Assembly: GCF_964355755.1 (NCBI RefSeq)
Contig: NC_092677.1
Location: forward strand, 25,841,175-25,905,174
Direction: 5' to 3'
Source: Antedon mediterranea
Lineage: Eukaryota > Animalia > Echinodermata
Length of the DNA: 64,000 nt
The notes under the pieces are model-generated. The model saw only the letters and a program-made list of their open reading frames with translations. It was not told the DNA's origin and ran no database searches. The position numbers were made by a program, and so were the translations under genes. Positions 35,801 to 46,987 of the stretch are shown one piece after another; position 1 is the stretch's first letter; each line of letters begins with the position of its first letter.

Positions 35801-38778
35801 CAATATGAACATTTTTTTCATTGTCATGTCAGGGTCAGGTCATGTCATGTCATTGTAAGGTCATGTCATTGTTAGGTATTATCAAACTGTTGTATTTGTG
35901 AAAAGGATTATCATAATGACATAAATGCCTCTGTGATCATACACACAATATGAACATTTTTTCATTGTCATGTCAGGGTCAGGTCATGTCATTGTAATGT
36001 CATGTCTTTGTCAAGTATTATCAAACTGTATTAGTGACAATGATGATTATAATGACATAAATACCTCTGCACTAACTGTGACATTGATATGATCAACTTT
36101 ACTCCTGTAAAAAAATAACAATGTTTTTAAACTGTATTAATTATTAGTACAGTATATACACACTTTGGAGGATAGGACACTATAAAAATTACTAATTAAT
36201 TTCTAAATGTAAATAAAATGACCAATGTTGGTGATCCACAAACACTTTACTTCAAAACCAAAGCATAAACATTTACAATAATAGTTCAATATCAATTTCT
36301 TAGTGGAGGTTTTTTTTTCTGTCAGTTGATTTAAATAAAATTAAAAAAAATAAAATAATAAATAAAAATAAAAAAATAAAATAAAACGATAATAAACAAT
36401 TTATATAATTTACCCAATTGTTGTGTACAGAGTGTGAAGATGTTTTAGCTTCCACAAGTCAACTTGTTGCTCAGAGTACGAATATAAAGAATCATTTTTC
36501 AGTATACTTCCAAGACCTACTATAGGATCATCTGCTTTTATCCTGCAATAGAGAAACATTAGGTTAAATATACCTTTGTATTAAGCTCTGTTTACACTAT
36601 CAAACTTTATGTGACAAAAAATGTGATGTGCCCATATTTGGACATGATGATGTCATGTCACTACCATATTTGGGCACATCATACTTTTGTTTTTGTAAAA
36701 CTAGTTTGATAGTGTAACAGAGCTTTATACTGATAAGACCTAAAGAAACACTTGTTGCTGTTAAGCTCTGTCTACACTATCAAACTGTATGTGACAAAAA
36801 AATGTGATATATTCATATATGGACACGATGATATCATATATTACTACAGTACTATATTTTGGCATATCACTACCATATTTGGGCACATCATACTTTTTTT
36901 GTCAAACTAGTAGTCTGAATGATAGTGTAGACAGATCTCTTCAAATGAAAAGAGTAGTTGGTTCATAACCGCCATTTAAATCTTGATGTCATGTTTGCTA
37001 GAGAAGTTTGTTCAACTTACAAATCCACTTCATCGCAAGTTTCCAGGCTCCATACTCTTAATGTACAATCTTCTGAAGCAGACATGATGTTAGGGCCATA
37101 AGGGTAAACAGCTAAGGCGGTCACTACAGTGCTGTGACCAACAAACACCAGCTGCAGATGCCACTCCTCATTCCATACTTTGATAGAACCGTCTCGTGCG
37201 GCTGTTATCAGGTATTTCAACGGGTTGAAAAACAGCAAGCTGGCAGAAAAAAGGAAAATACATTTTATCATATCATTTTATCATATTATCATAGTAGAAA
37301 ACTGTTGATCATAATGATAGCCTATGCTTTTTATAACAGTATTTTAACATTGGCCTTTGAACTGTACAGTCAACTCTCCCAATACCAAACACCTTTGGGC
37401 TGGCCAAATATGTCTAGTATTCCGGAGAGTCTGGTATTCAGAATGTGTTTTTAATGGTAAAAATGAATTTGGGACTGTTTGGACTTCAAGAAAAGTCTGG
37501 TATTGGGAGAGTTTCTGGTTTTCAGAGAGTCCGGTATTGGGAGAGTTGCCTTTTAACATTCGCCTATATCGTTTGCGCAATTTCATGTATTTTTTTTAAT
37601 AGTTTTATTGCCTTAATTATGCCAAGCAAAATGAATTTCCACCAATAACATGTTTCGAATCTTGTTTACCTTGATATGGCACGAACATGGAGATCCTTTT
37701 TGTACGACAGCAGTATCCCATCAAAAAGATTAAACACCGCTACACCTGTATGACAAACAGCGAAGCAGCGTTGAGTACGACTGGCGGTGTCCTCTAGAGC
37801 CAGCAACGTAAAGTTATCTTTAACGGTCAGATCTTGTTTAGCTATCTTGCGGTAAATAAGATATTTCGCTCCATAACGGAAGTTCCAACACTACAAAAGG
37901 AATTTTTTCGGTTTAATTTAGTATATATGTTTTAATGAAACCAATCAGCAGTTTTAAAAGAACTACACCAGTTTAAAACAAAGAAATTCACAGTCCTTAC
38001 CGTCACATGGCCTTCTCCCGCTGTAATAAACTCCGTCTGCCATTGATTGTACAAACCGCAAAATATTTTGAATGGTGACTTCGCTTCGGAGATCAACTCA
38101 AAATCAGTGGCGAAGTTCTAAGAGTATAGGTGTACAGTATAGACATTTATTGTTTTTTTTTTTAATGCACAAAACAAATAAGAAAATATATTATAATATT
38201 TGGTCAAATGAAGATCCAAAAGAACCATACCCTAACATGAAGACCTCCAGTTTCCCAGCCAATGTAGCGTTTTACTTCTTTCGCATAAATAAGATGATCA
38301 ACAGGTTCTTCTGGAACGAGGTGATCCTTGTCACGTCCATCAGCATGGAAAATGTTTATACCGTTACAATCAACCATCAAGTATTCCTACCAAAACGATA
38401 AAAAAAAAAACCAAAGAAAATTAACTTTGTGTCATATGATATTTTAATTATTCTATTAAAAAAAATAAATATACTTGAAATTATTTGCCACTTTTGGGCT
38501 AATTACCACATTTTTACCTGTGTCTGTGGATTAAATAAAACATGTTGAATTTTATTGACATGGTTGATCTTTCTGAGGTGGTGAACCCCGTGTGTAACCT
38601 CCACATCTCTGGCATCGGATTTGGTTATTTCACGGATGGTATTTCGAATCGACTCTCTTAGTTTCCTCCATAAGAACTGAGCAGTTGTTTCGTTGTCACG
38701 TTGACCCGGTCGCTTTTCTCGGTCTTTCAGAATCTTGGCCACAAGTTTACTTCGAGATATAGTTTGGTTTTCTTCCAT
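17867..38778 (-). CDS. WDR97: WD repeat-containing protein 97-like (N-terminal WD40 repeats, Pro-rich linker, helical C-terminus), about 1545 aa core
   Basis: 29 GT-AG exons with consistent phases: 38518-38778, 38231-38386, 38001-38117, 37670-37890, 37021-37239, 36414-36542, 36065-36104, 35364-35499, 34287-34600, 33868-33940, 33461-33643, 32819-32957, 32441-32547, 32100-32250, 31651-31726, 31064-31292, 30541-30788, 30208-30222, 28586-28756, 27453-27482, 26944-27333, 26348-26560, 25542-25648, 25229-25397, 24637-24792, 24332-24422, 23865-24051, 18189-18265, 17867-18099 (4638 nt). WD motifs include LITAARDGSIKVWN, IMSASEDCTLRVWS and FASSSLDSTIRIWD. GFIPNSV and LVRLGETHTS recall WDR97. Assignment to WDR97 rather than WDR87 is from memory of the family. 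Confidence 0.8.
18843..22755 (-). CDS. WDR97: Cassette of eight symmetric phase-2 microexons in the WDR97 intron 18266-23864
   Basis: 22726-22755 (30 nt), 21344-21382 (39), 21125-21166 (42), 20952-20981 (30), 20445-20468 (24), 19952-19990 (39), 19355-19369 (15), 18843-18887 (45). All have an acceptor AG and an AG|GT donor, lengths divisible by 3, and are stop-free in phase 2. Confidence 0.75.
20089..20190. mobile_element. Short hAT-like MITE
   Basis: CAGGGGCGGATCCAG...CTAAATCCGTGCCTG termini. Confidence 0.55.
21420..22370 (+). repeat. (AATC)n-rich compound tandem repeat
   Basis: Repeated AATCAATCAATCAATTAGTTACTACTCAATAAAT..CAACTGA units. Confidence 0.85.
23506..23658. mobile_element. MITE H1 copy
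   Basis: Family TIRs with a TTA TSD on both sides. Confidence 0.9.
24482..24608. mobile_element. MITE H1 copy
   Basis: Family TIRs with a TTA TSD on both sides. Confidence 0.9.
26210..26343. mobile_element. MITE H1 copy abutting a WDR97 splice donor
   Basis: Family TIRs. The minus strand reads AAG|GTAA-AGCTC... at 26348/26347. Confidence 0.85.
27519..27735 (+). repeat. 19-bp minisatellite
   Basis: About 11 units of ATCAATGAATATTTATAAC. Confidence 0.9.
29030..30021. mobile_element. Tc1/mariner/pogo-type MITE with two internal minisatellites (29 bp x about 5; 30 bp x about 25)
   Basis: TA|CAGTCAACTCTC...GAGAGTTGACTG|TA. The 29-bp unit is GTCCGAATGAATCCCTTGGGCTAG(C/T)CAAT and the 30-bp unit is TGGCTTTGAGAGAGTTTCCAAATGGAGGTC. 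Confidence 0.9.
31765..31924. mobile_element. MITE H1 copy
   Basis: Family TIRs with a TAA TSD on both sides. Confidence 0.9.
32990..33190 (+). mobile_element. L2/CR1 LINE 3' end
   Basis: Encodes NLPCNIRSADSIATFKKAIKTYFF*. Confidence 0.65.
34725..34930. mobile_element. Penelope-like inverted pseudo-LTR with a hammerhead-like core
   Basis: Inverted arms of about 95 bp. The minus strand has CTGAGGA-C-GATCAA-AGCATA-TTGATC-GAAA and the plus strand has TGAGGAT-GATCAA...TTGATC-GAAAC. Confidence 0.7.
35560..36070 (+). repeat. Tandem repeat of about 105-135 bp (about 4 units) that includes a WDR97 donor boundary
   Basis: GTCAT-rich units ending GACATAAAT(G/A)CCTCTG. Confidence 0.8.
36584..36938. 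mobile_element. Two adjacent MITE H1 copies (36584-36724 and 36764-36938)
   Basis: Family TIRs. The first copy has a TTA TSD. Confidence 0.88.
37366..37550. mobile_element. Tc1/mariner/pogo-type MITE (CAGTCAACTCTC termini)
   Basis: TA|CAGTCAACTCTCCCAATACC...GGTATTGGGAGAGTTG; same family as 62268-62391. Confidence 0.8.
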
Positions 38779-39026
38779 CTTTAGCTCCAGGTTTCTTTTA
38801 AAGATAGAAATTAAAACAAAGAAATGTTTAACACAAAACACGCTAGGCTAGGCCTATTCCATAATTTATTGTGGTTACTGAAAATAGGTAAAAAGGTGGT
38901 CAGACTGACCATACAGTAGGCTTACATCCAGAAAGACCTTGCCTTGGCTGGCTTTTTTAAAATTGTACGTTAAAATTGGGATTTTAAATGTTATAATTAA
39001 TAATATAATATTAATAATTAATACCC

Positions 39027-40085
39027 TGAAATTGAAATTGAAATATATATTTATACTGGGTAACCTCTTCAGTCAATGGTGATCAGTGGCTGTGATGTAC
39101 TAAAATACACCGGGGTAACCCCCTACTCGTCTCGAAAGATGTACTAGGTTCTTTAAAGTGCACACAAGCCAGATGTGTACACTGGACCTACTATACGGTT
39201 TATAGTCCTTATCCGAGAAGACTCGTTCTACCACCAGAACCATGGAGTGAGTGAACCTCGAACCCCTGCCGTTGTTATGGCGGGATATGACCGGTTGGGC
39301 CGCCGACAAGTTGAGCCGCCGGTGATTTCTATGAAACGCCCAGTGCATGCGTCTTTTACGACATTTCGCGTAGTGATTAGGATGGTGTCCTAGTACATAA
39401 AAGTCCATGGTCTCGGTTTATTGTGTCATGAAAATAAATAATATATAATTACATAGGCCTATTACAATTAACACAGCAAAGGAAAGTAGTAATATTTAAT
39501 AATTTAAAAAATTCAGTGCACTCATAATTTTTCTCCAGTGTAGGCCTACCACGTAAAGTCACGTTGTCCTCTCTCAGGACTAATTAATAGAGTATTAACA
39601 TTTTTCGAATGAGGTTAAATAAATATTATTTTTTATTTACTAATCTTTTAATATCATATTTTATTGAATTTTAAAATGTTAATACACAAAATATTTTACT
39701 AAAAAACGTGATTTTATGTAATTATTTTACCGAAAAATGGAGTAGGCCTAGGCCTAGGGTAGTTCATACAATTCTGCCGACTGAGTGATGTTTTATATTT
39801 TGGAATCTACAAGCCAGATTTTCATAATTATTTCTTTAATTATAATATTTAATAATATATATACTAAAAACCATGATATATAAACGTTTGAATGTACATC
39901 ATTATCGGCGCCGGTATCCCTAACATAAATTGAAAGAGCACCGGCGAAAGTTAGCATTTGGCGTTCCATAGAAAATAACGTTTTTCTGGCGGCGGCTCAA
40001 CTTGTCGGCGGCTCAACTTGGCCTAATCCGTTATGGCTAGGTAATTACGGTTCCACTGTCTTAACCGCTCGGCCACTCACTACCC
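39027..40085 (-). mobile_element. tRNA-derived SINE split by a nested MITE
   Basis: Minus-strand A box GTGGCCGAGCGGTTAAG (about 40060-40077) and B box GGTTCGAG (about 39257-39264). The conserved body TCTTCTCGGATAAGGACTATAAACCG resembles widespread invertebrate SINEs, and there is a (CAATTT)n tail. Confidence 0.8.
39282..40029. mobile_element. 748-bp MITE with GG termini and an 8-bp TSD
   Basis: GTTATGGC is duplicated at 39274-39281 and 40030-40037. The imperfect TIRs share GTTG(G/A)GCCGCCGACAAGTTGAGCCGCC and TTTCTATG(A/G)AACGC. Confidence 0.9.
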
Positions 40086-40479
40086 TACTGTACCATATTT
40101 GATCTTACCAAAATTATTGAATTATCATTTATGATAATCTGACATATTGTAGCCTAGGCCCTTATGCTAGGCCTACTTGTTCTTTGATGATAGGTGAAAT
40201 CACCAACCACCACCCATCTCTCTCTCTCTCTCCCGCTCTGTCTGCTGAATGTCCGCCGACCATACACAAGCCAGAGAGCAGGGAAATTGTAAATATTTAT
40301 TGACAACAAGGCATTAATTTTGTGGAACAAAAATATGCAATAAATTAAGCAATGACTCTGTTTTGCTTATTTTAAAAAGAATAGAAAACAAGTTTCCCCT
40401 TATCGCAACTCCACCGTAAAATTCAAAACAATTTCGGCCATTTTGCTTCATGTAGTCATGGAAGCAAACTAGAGAGGGC

Positions 40480-40700
40480 GACATTTCAAGTTTTTCCTTT
40501 TCTCTATACTTACAATCCGCCTACTTTTAACCAATCACACGATAGCATTAGCGCGTAAATTCGATTGAGACGCGACGCAGTTCTTGTGTGCTTAGTTACA
40601 TCGCGCGGCGTTGCATCACAACATCAAAACATTTCACGCCATTTCAATATTTGGAGTGGACTAGGAAGCATGGACATACAATTTTCTGGCAAGTTTTCTA
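40480..40700 (-). promoter_or_regulatory. Probable WDR97 promoter and non-coding first exon
   Basis: CpG-rich patch with a CCAAT motif and a minus-strand GTAAGTA donor near 40507-40513. The first coding exon is preceded by an acceptor. Confidence 0.45.
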
Positions 40701-41099
40701 ATTTTTTACAGATATTTTTTGCAATTTATATATATTGCACGAAATATAGAAGGGGATTTTTTTCCTGTAAATAATTGTACAGGGGTTTTAAAAGTCAATA
40801 CTTTATAATTCCACTCTGAAATATGTCATTATTGTCAGTGTTTTTTATTTACTCTCACTGCTGCCAGCCAAACAACAACAGCAAGAAGAAGACAAGAGAG
40901 AGGCTGCAACACTAGGCCTAGGCCCCTAGTGTGCCTAGGGCCTAAGTTTATTATCATTATTATGTAAAATTTATGATAAAAAAAGCGTCTCCTGTGAAGA
41001 AAAAATACCCAGCCCAGCCATGCCTGGCCGGCCTACTGCTTTAATTAATAATATTAATAATAAAGAAATATGTAGGCCTACTACTACTACTACTACTAA

Positions 41100-44000
41100 T
41101 TTAATATAATGGCCTAAAGTTTATTTTCTAAGGAGTTTAGTGCAAATTGGAATACATCTTTCTGTGGAGAAGAAATGCTAAATATTTAATTATGAGGTCG
41201 AGGAAATATATTTTTTTAGCATCTTTTTAAAAATTGAAATTGTACGTTGAAGGGGAGGAGTTGTTTTTTAAATGATAAGAAATATGTTCAATGAATTTAA
41301 TATAATTTAATATGGCCTAAAGTTTTTTTCTAAGGAGTTTAATGCAAATTGGAATACGTTTTCTGTGGAGAAGAAATGATAAATATTTTATTATGAGGTC
41401 GAGGAAATATATTTTTTGTGCATCTTTTTAAAAATTTAAATTTTACAATGAAGAGGAGAAGTTGTTTTTCTAAGAGGAGAAAATGTTAAATAAATTTAAT
41501 ATAATGGCCTAAAGTTTATTTTCTAAGGAGTTTAGTGCAAATTGGAATACATCTTTCTGTGGAGAAGAAATGATAAATATTTAATTATGAGGTCGAGGAA
41601 ATATATTTTTTTAGCATCTTTTTTAAAATTGAAATTGTACGTTGAAGGGGAGGAGTTGTTTTTTAAATGATAAGAAATATGTTCAATGAATTTAATATAA
41701 TTTAATATGGCCTAAAGTTTTTTTCTAAGGAGTTTAATGCAAATTGGAATACGTTTTCTGTGGAGAAAAAATGATAAATATTTTATTATGAGGTCGCGAA
41801 AATATATTTTTTGTGCATCTTTTTAAAATTAGTGGAGGAGTTGTTTTTCAAATGAGAAGAAAAATTTTCAATGTTTAATAAAAATGGCCTAAAGTTTATT
41901 TTCAATTGGAATCCACCTTTCTGTTGTGAAGAAATGCAATGTTGAAATATTTTGATATTGATTTGAAGAAAATATATTTTTTGTGCATATTTTAAAATTA
42001 GAATTCTACGAAGGAGAGGAGTTGTTCTTCTAACAAGAAGAAAATGGGTTTAATTTTTTTATTAATTTTTTATGCAAATTTGGAATACGTCTTTCCGTGG
42101 AGAAGAAATGCTATGTTAAAATATATTTTTATAAATGGAGGAAATATATAATAAATTTCCACTTTATATTGAAAAGAGGAAGAATATATTAAATTTGGAT
42201 GAATATATTTCTTTTAATACATGTACAAAGTTTATTTTCCAAAAAGATTTATTCTATTGGAAGTGCCAGTCCTTGTGTGGAGAAGAAATGCAAGCCTTAT
42301 CCTATCTATGTTAAAATATATTTTTATAAATGGAGGAAATATATAATAAATTTCCACTTTATATTGAAAAGAGGAAGAATATATTAAATTGTGAATGAAT
42401 ATATTTCTTTTAATACAAAGTTTATTTTCCAAGAAGATTTATTCTATTGGAAGTGCCAGTCTTTTTGTGGAGAAGAAATGCAAGCCTTAGCCTATCTATA
42501 TTTAAATATATTTTTCTGAAGGAAATTTGGAAGATTTTCCATGGAGAATGAAAATTCTGTTTTAAATGGGAAAAATGTTCTTAAATATGATGTATAGTAA
42601 TAAGTATTACATGCATGTTGATATGTTTCTTTTATTTGGCTTTTAATATTGCTGCAAAAAAGTTTATTTATAGCCAAGACTTTTAGGAAATATATAATTA
42701 TTATTATTAGTATGCTCTACATTTCACCATCATTTTTAGGATATCTTTAAAGAAGTTGATTTTCCAAGGAGAAGAAATAAATGCATATATATGTTATTAA
42801 TGTATGTATGCATTTTTAATAATGTAATTTATGTAAAGGGAGAAGAGAATTTGGAATAACATTTTTCAAGGAGAAGAAATAATTATATCTTTAAAGAAGT
42901 CGATTTTCCAAGGAGAAGAAATGTTAAACAAATGCATTTATATGTTAATGTATGTATACATTTTTAATGTCTTTTATCTAAAGGGAGAAGTGAATTTAGA
43001 ATTAGATTTTCTAAGGAGAAGAAATATATCTTTAAAAAAGTCGTTTTTCCAAGGAGAAGAAATGTTAAATAAATGCATCTAATGTATGTATGTATGTATG
43101 CAATTTTAATTTTTTCATTTATTTAAAGGAAGGAATTTGATTTTCCAAGGAGAAGAAATATCAAAATGAATGGTGCATCTTTACGCGCCTTGAGCACCTT
43201 TAGTGAGAAGTGTGCCCTAGAAATCTGCATTATTACTATTATGCGGTTATGCATCTTTTGTTAAAGTTTTTATGTGTGTCCATTTTTAATGTTATTTATC
43301 TAAAGTGAAAATAAATGCATTTTTATGTTATGTTTATTTTAAAAAGTCATATATAACCTAAAAGGAGATGAGAAGTGAATTTGGGATTTGATTTTCCAAG
43401 GAGAAAAAATATATACAAAATATATCTTAGAAGTCGATTTTCCATGGAGAAGAAATGTTAAATAAATGCATCTATATGTTAATGTAATTTAACATAAATA
43501 AATGCATCTAATGTTAATGTATGTGTGTGTGCAATTTTAATTTATCTAAAGTGAAAATAATCTTTATTTAGTTATGCATATATTTTAAAAGTCATATATC
43601 TAAAAGGAGAAGATTGTCATTGTTCATGTTGTTATGTATGTAAGTATGTATGTATGTGTGCATTTTTTATGTCCAAGAAATGAATATGGAACTAGATTTT
43701 CCAAGGAGAAAAATATATTTTACAAAATATATCTTGGAAATCGAGTTTCTAAGGAGAAGAAATATTGAACGCATTTTATGGTAATGTTCTGTATGTGTGA
43801 ATTTTTAATGTCATTTATCAAAAGGGAGAAGTGAATTTGGATTCCGATTTTCCAAGGAGAAAAAATATATCTTAGAAGTGGATTTTCCAAGGAGAAGAAA
43901 TGTTAAATAAATGCATCTAATGTATGTGTGCTTTAATCTAAAGGGAGAAATTAATTAGGAATTCGATTTTCCAAGGAGAAGAAATATATCTTTAAAGAAG

Positions 44001-45900
44001 TTGATTTTCTAAGAAGAAATGTTATGCATCTATTATGTTAATGTAGTTATGTATTGTATGTATGTAATTTTAGTAATGTCATTTGTCAAAAAGGGTGTGG
44101 AGGTGGGGGAGTGAATTTGGAATTCCATTTTCCAAGGAGAAGAAATATTTAAATATGCATCTTTATTTGGTTTGTATTTTAAAGTGAATTTGCAGTTTCA
44201 TTTTCTGAGGGGAAGATCATATATTTGTGTATCAATTTCATATATTATTCTTTCTGGAATTAATAAAAGTAAAGTTCATATGTAATGCAGTTTTTATATG
44301 CTTGAAGTTATTTTCACAATTATAAAATGAATGGTTGAAAGTTGATTTCAAAAGATTTCTGTAGGTCGATTTTCTAAGAAGAAAAACCATTGGAAATTGA
44401 TGTTTGGAAAATATAAAGTAAAAATTTTTGAAATATCATTTGAGGTTGCTGTATATTGAAGTTGAAAGAAATAAAAAGTTGGAAGTATTTTTATGATGTG
44501 TCATTTTGTTCGATTTTCAAAGGAGAAGAAAAAAACCATTGGAGGTTGATGTCTGGAAAATATAATGTAATATAAATATCATTTGATGTTGCTGTATATT
44601 GAAGTTGAAAGAAATAAAAAGTTGGAAGTATTTTTATGATGTCATTTTATTCGATTTTTAAAGGAGAAGAAAAAAACCATTGGAAGTTGATGTCTGGAAA
44701 ATATAATGTAAAATAAAATAAATATCATTTGATGTTGCTGTATATTGAAGTTGAAAGAAATAAAAAGTTGGAAGTATTTTTATGATGTCATTTTATTCGA
44801 TTTTTAAAGGAGAAGAAAAAAACCATTGGAAGTTGATGTCTGGAAAATATAATGTGAAATAAATCAATTTTCCTTCGATGTTGATATATTGAAGTTGAAA
44901 GAAATAAAAAGTTTTTGTATGATGTGTCAGATTTAATTCGATTTTCAAAGGAGAAGAAAAACAATTAATTGGAAGTTGATGTCTGGAAAATATAATGTTG
45001 TAAAATAAATGAAATATTGTTTGCTGTATTGAAGTTGAAAGAAATAAAAAGTTGGAAGTTTTTTTATGTTGCATCTTTTAGTTCGATTTTCAATAAAAAG
45101 AAGAATATACAATTGGAAGTTGATTGTTGTAGAATAATATCATTTGATGTTGCTGTATATTGAAGTTGAAAGAAATAACAAGTTGGAAGTGTTTCTATGT
45201 ATCATTTAGTTCAAAAGAGAAAAATATTCCATTGGAAGACGATTTTTCGAAGGATAAAATATTGTAGAATAAATAAAATATAATTTGATGTTGATATAAT
45301 GAATCTGAAAGAAACAACAAGTTGGAAGTATTTTTATGTTGCATCCTTTATTAGTTCGATTTTCAATAAAAAGAAGAATATACCATTGGAAGTTGATTTC
45401 TCGAAAGATAAAATGTTGTAAAATAAAAAATATCTTTTGATGTTGCTTTATATTGAAGTTGAAAGAAACAAAAAGTTGGAAGTATTTCTGTGTTGTTTTT
45501 TTTAAAGTTGATTTTCTAAGGAGGAGAATAATTGATTGATTTATAGAAGTTATACTAATAAAATATCATTTGATGCCATTGTATATTGAAAGTTGGAGCA
45601 TTTTTATGGATCTGTTTAGGTCGATTTTCTAAGCAGAATAATAATTGATTGATTTCTAGAAGTTATAATGTTATAAAATAAAATATCATTTGATTTCATT
45701 GTATATTGAAAGAAACAACAAGTTGGAGCTATTTCTATGATCAATTTTCTAAGGAGAAGAATAATTGATTGATTTACAGATGAAGTTATAAAATATTATA
45801 AAATAGAATATCATTTGATGTCATTGCATATTGAAAGTTGGAGCTTTTTCTACAGATCTTTTTCAGGTCGATTTTCTAAGGAGAAGAATAACCAGTTGAT
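41100..45900. repeat. Complex, progressively diverging tandem satellite with conserved core GATTTTCCAAGGAGAAGAAA
   Basis: More than 30 copies of the core or variants. Sub-blocks: a higher-order duplication of about 395 bp (41100-41880), a duplication of about 190-215 bp (42100-42500), and units of about 130-145 bp (42740-45900). Confidence 0.9.
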
Positions 45901-45924
45901 TTCTACTTGAAGAAGATAATATTA

Positions 45925-46087
45925 AGCTCTGTCTACACTATCAAACTTTATGTGACAAAAAATGTGATGTGCACATATATGGACATTATGATGTCATATC
46001 ACTACCATATTGGGCATATCAGTCACTACCATATTTGGGCACATCACATTTTTTTTGTCAAACTAGTTTGATAGTGTGGACAGAGCT
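45925..46087. mobile_element. MITE H1 copy at the end of the satellite
   Basis: Family TIRs with a TTA TSD on both sides. Confidence 0.9.
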
Positions 46088-46643
46088 TTAGAAATAAAAT
46101 AGAATCATTGTCATTGATGAATGTTGAAAGAAATGTTCTATTTGGATGTTTCCAGTCGATTTTTAATAACAAGAACAAATCGCTTCATTTTACAAGGTAA
46201 AGATATACATTTTGTTATTATGTATTATACTGTAAAGATATAAACCTGCATTCACACTAAGCCAGGATTAGGTCTATGTTATCTTTCTCTAGCACTGTGT
46301 TCACACACGTTTTTTTTTACTGAATCAGAAATGAGTTCATAATACTTGTTTGGCTACACCTATTCCTAACAACTTTTTACTTGTTTATCTAACTAATCCT
46401 TGCTACATACATATAAACATACTGTAGCAATATATAATTTTATTTATTATATTAAATATTTGTTTATATTAAAAGTATCTCTTCTGAGATCCCGCCTCGT
46501 GAATAAAAATACTGTAAGATGAGGGCGTATCAATTTGATCTCTGGTGCGCGTGCGTACAACTGAGGACTAGTGCTGTTCCGCCGTACCACGCCGAGAATG
46601 TTAAAGAGTCGCTATCCAATCGAGTTCGAACAATACCATGAAA

Positions 46644-46715
46644 GCCCCAGTGGTCTAATGGTTAGGACATCTGCATATCAAGCAGGCGGTCCGAGTTCGA
46701 GTCTCGGTTGGGGCG
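46644..46715 (+). tRNA. tRNA-like gene with anticodon ATC (Asp), or a tRNA-derived repeat head
   Basis: 72-nt cloverleaf: acceptor GCCCCAG/TTGGGGC, D stem GTCT/GGAC, anticodon stem TCTGC/GCAGG with loop ATATCAA, 4-nt variable loop, T arm CCGAG-TTCGAGT-CTCGG, discriminator G, then TTTTT. Confidence 0.6.
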
Positions 46716-46987
46716 ACTTTTTCTCATTCTCACAGATTTCCTCATCTTTATCGTTTCAAATTAATTAATTAAATTTCAGTATATCACCGTGCGGTTTAGA
46801 ATTAATGTTCTGTGCCTGATTTGTTTATATTAAATATCTTAACATATTTTACCAGTAAAAATAAACAAATTTAAAACATGGTGACATCATTCCTGATGAA
46901 GACTTCAATAGGTAGACAAGCATTTTTGTATAACAATTAATTCTTTTTATTATATTTTACAAAAAGTAAATTGATTAAATCTCTAAA

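Noticed and set aside
39100-39408. 102-aa and 72-aa ORFs
   Set aside because: They span a SINE/MITE junction and have no coding signature.
41100-45900. CRISPR-like repeat-spacer array
   Set aside because: The spacers are homologous to each other and irregular in length, the repeats are degenerate, there are no cas genes and the context is eukaryotic. It is a satellite.
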